Source: Candidatus Hodarchaeota archaeon
Lineage (GTDB): Archaea; Asgardarchaeota; Heimdallarchaeia; Hodarchaeales; Hodarchaeaceae
Direction of reading: 5' to 3'
NCBI GenBank assembly: GCA_016839815.1
Contig: JAEOTM010000111.1
Coordinates: 1 to 17,179 of the forward strand
DNA length: 17,179 bases
In this document: piece after piece, positions 15,869 through 17,179 of the stretch
Layout of the letters: every line of letters begins with the position of its first letter
Position numbering within the stretch: the first letter of the stretch is position 1
Program-made: the position numbers and the translations under genes
Notes under the pieces: model-generated
Told to the model about the DNA's origin: nothing
The model's input: only the letters and a program-made list of their open reading frames with translations
Database searches by the model: none

Positions 15869-16324
15869 CTATAATGTCAATCGTTTTTTCCCTGTCCCAG
15901 GCATTTTCGGAAGATTTAATTCAAGGGTTCCATCTTTAAAGGTGGATTTTATCTCCTCTGTATTGATGGTACTGGGTAGAGAAATGGCACGATAGAACTT
16001 ATACGCACACCTTTCTTGTCTGAGATATCTACCTTCTCTGTCCTCATCTTTTTTCTCTTCTTTATGCTCTGCTGATATTTCTACAGTTTCAGATGTTACA
16101 TCTATGGTGATGTCCTCTTTTTTGAATCCTGGAATATCTGCTTCGACAATAAATTCAGTCTCTAATTCACGTACATCTACTAAAGGGGCAAAAATTCGAT
16201 CCGAAAGTGCCAGTTCTCGGTCACCAAAGACATTTGAAAATAAATTTCGCATTTCATTTTCAAGACGAGATACTTCTTGGATTGGATTAAGTCCCCATCT
16301 TCGATCTCTTCTAATTAAACTCAT
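15869..16324 (-). CDS. hsp20: Hsp20/alpha-crystallin small heat-shock protein
   Basis: PLVDVRE...ADIPGFKKEDI...YLRQER...FYRAISLP...STFKDGTLELNLPK. Start placed at MSLIRR (16324) because GGAG lies just upstream; the ORF track starts at 16342. Confidence 0.95.
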   Translation of the reverse strand: MSLIRRDRRWGLNPIQEVSRLENEMRNLFSNVFGDRELALSDRIFAPLVDVRELETEFIVEADIPGFKKEDITIDVTSETVEISAEHKEEKKDEDREGRYLRQERCAYKFYRAISLPSTINTEEIKSTFKDGTLELNLPKMPGTGKKRLTL

Positions 16325-16393
16325 TTTAATTACTCCGTTCATATTTCATCTTGTTTTACGGGAATAATTCCCATATTCATTTGGATTAATAGG

Positions 16394-16410
16394 TATATAT
16401 ATATTTTTCG
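16394..16410 (-). promoter_or_regulatory. Putative BRE/TATA promoter of hsp20
   Basis: Minus strand reads CGAAAAATATATATATA about 70 bp upstream of the start codon. Confidence 0.45.
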
Positions 16411-17067
16411 TCACTATAGATTATCTCAAAGTGTATTTTCCTGTCAGATCTATTAGTTAAATCCAATTTCCTTTTTTAATTCACAACGTAGAAATAATAT
16501 TATTGAGTATTGTGAATAAATTATTTAGAGTAAAGATTACCTTATTGATGGAGTTTTCTAGATTTAATTCTGAATTGAAAGCTTTTTCATTTGTTCGATT
16601 ACTAGAAAATCATGTTTTTCGTTATACTTGGATTGAAAATCGCAACCATTCTTGGAGAATCCTACAAATAGAGTGGATACAGCTAATAGTTCAAGCAAAA
16701 TCTTATTTTTGGTCGTTACCATTTTTATTCAAATTGAAAATTTCATTTTTTTCTTACTCTAAGGAAGTTTTAATTAGATACTTTATTCGAAGTATCATCA
16801 TTATTCTCTCTGGTAGTGATTGAGTGATCCACACCCCTTCCAATGAAACGTTCCACCAATGAGACCTAATATTCTACCAATAAATTGTAAATCAGCCATT
16901 TGTGTCACATTCTGTATCTTTTTCTTTAAAATCAAGTTCTTCTTCAGATTTTGATTTTGACCCAAATTTTATCTTCAGGAGAAATGTATACTTTGTGAGA
17001 AGAATTCTCGAAAAAACAAGAAGTTCTGTGATTCTGATCTGTTTTTAATAATTTCAAGTATATGTGC

Positions 17068-17179
17068 TTATTTCAATTTATCATATTCTTTGGTTAAATC
17101 CGTTAAAAAGCTTCCTGTTATATCTAATAACTTAGTTGCACTGTCAGAGGTAAGATTTATTTGATATGTTGTATCCAAG
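17068..17179 (-). CDS. C-terminal end of a gene entering from the right edge
   Basis: Open frame ...LDTTYQINLTSDSATKLLDITGSFLTDLTKEYDKLK* with TAA at 17068-17070. Only 36 codons are visible. Confidence 0.4.
   Translation of the reverse strand, partial: LDTTYQINLTSDSATKLLDITGSFLTDLTKEYDKLK

Noticed and set aside
692-16367. Numerous 60-105 aa ORFs antisense to or overlapping longer genes (e.g. 692-1006, 1585-1806, 9322-9549, 12291-12605, 13513-13827, 16104-16367)
   Set aside because: Shadow ORFs of well-supported genes with no recognisable motifs.
16503-16823. 106-aa ORF with TTG start
   Set aside because: Very AT-rich, no motif or ribosome-binding signal; cannot be supported as a gene.

Overview
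AT-rich archaeal DNA, most likely Asgard (Heimdallarchaeia/Hodarchaeales-like). This is inferred from two Rab-like GTPase genes, Asgard-type surface proteins with C-terminal anchors, and an archaeal-type 23S rRNA fragment carrying an ES39-like insertion. The genes are unrelated accessory cargo: a TPR-like protein (partial), an ICMT-family and a class I methyltransferase, a membrane protein with RING-like Zn fingers, two degenerate Rab-like GTPases, secreted and membrane proteins, a membrane-anchored wHTH regulator, a HEPN-MNT toxin-antitoxin pair and Hsp20. The main signal is non-coding. About ten copies of a ~70-150 bp repeat (core GTGGAAAnnnTCAGTCCTCTCGTTTTCTnnnAGAAAnAGCCTTAAGGAGTC...TTCTGGTCTTATGTCTGGTGGTCA) lie between genes, all on the + strand, and split the cargo into 1-3-gene blocks. 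The longest copy shows what the repeat is: the 3' end of 23S rRNA (helices ~95-101) plus the sequence that follows it. The copies have variably truncated 5' ends, a similar 3' end and hairpins whose sequence changes while pairing is kept. The layout suggests an integron-like gene-capture array anchored on the 23S rRNA 3' end, or alternatively an rRNA-derived SINE-like element. No recombinase or reverse transcriptase is encoded in the window, so the mechanism is a hypothesis.
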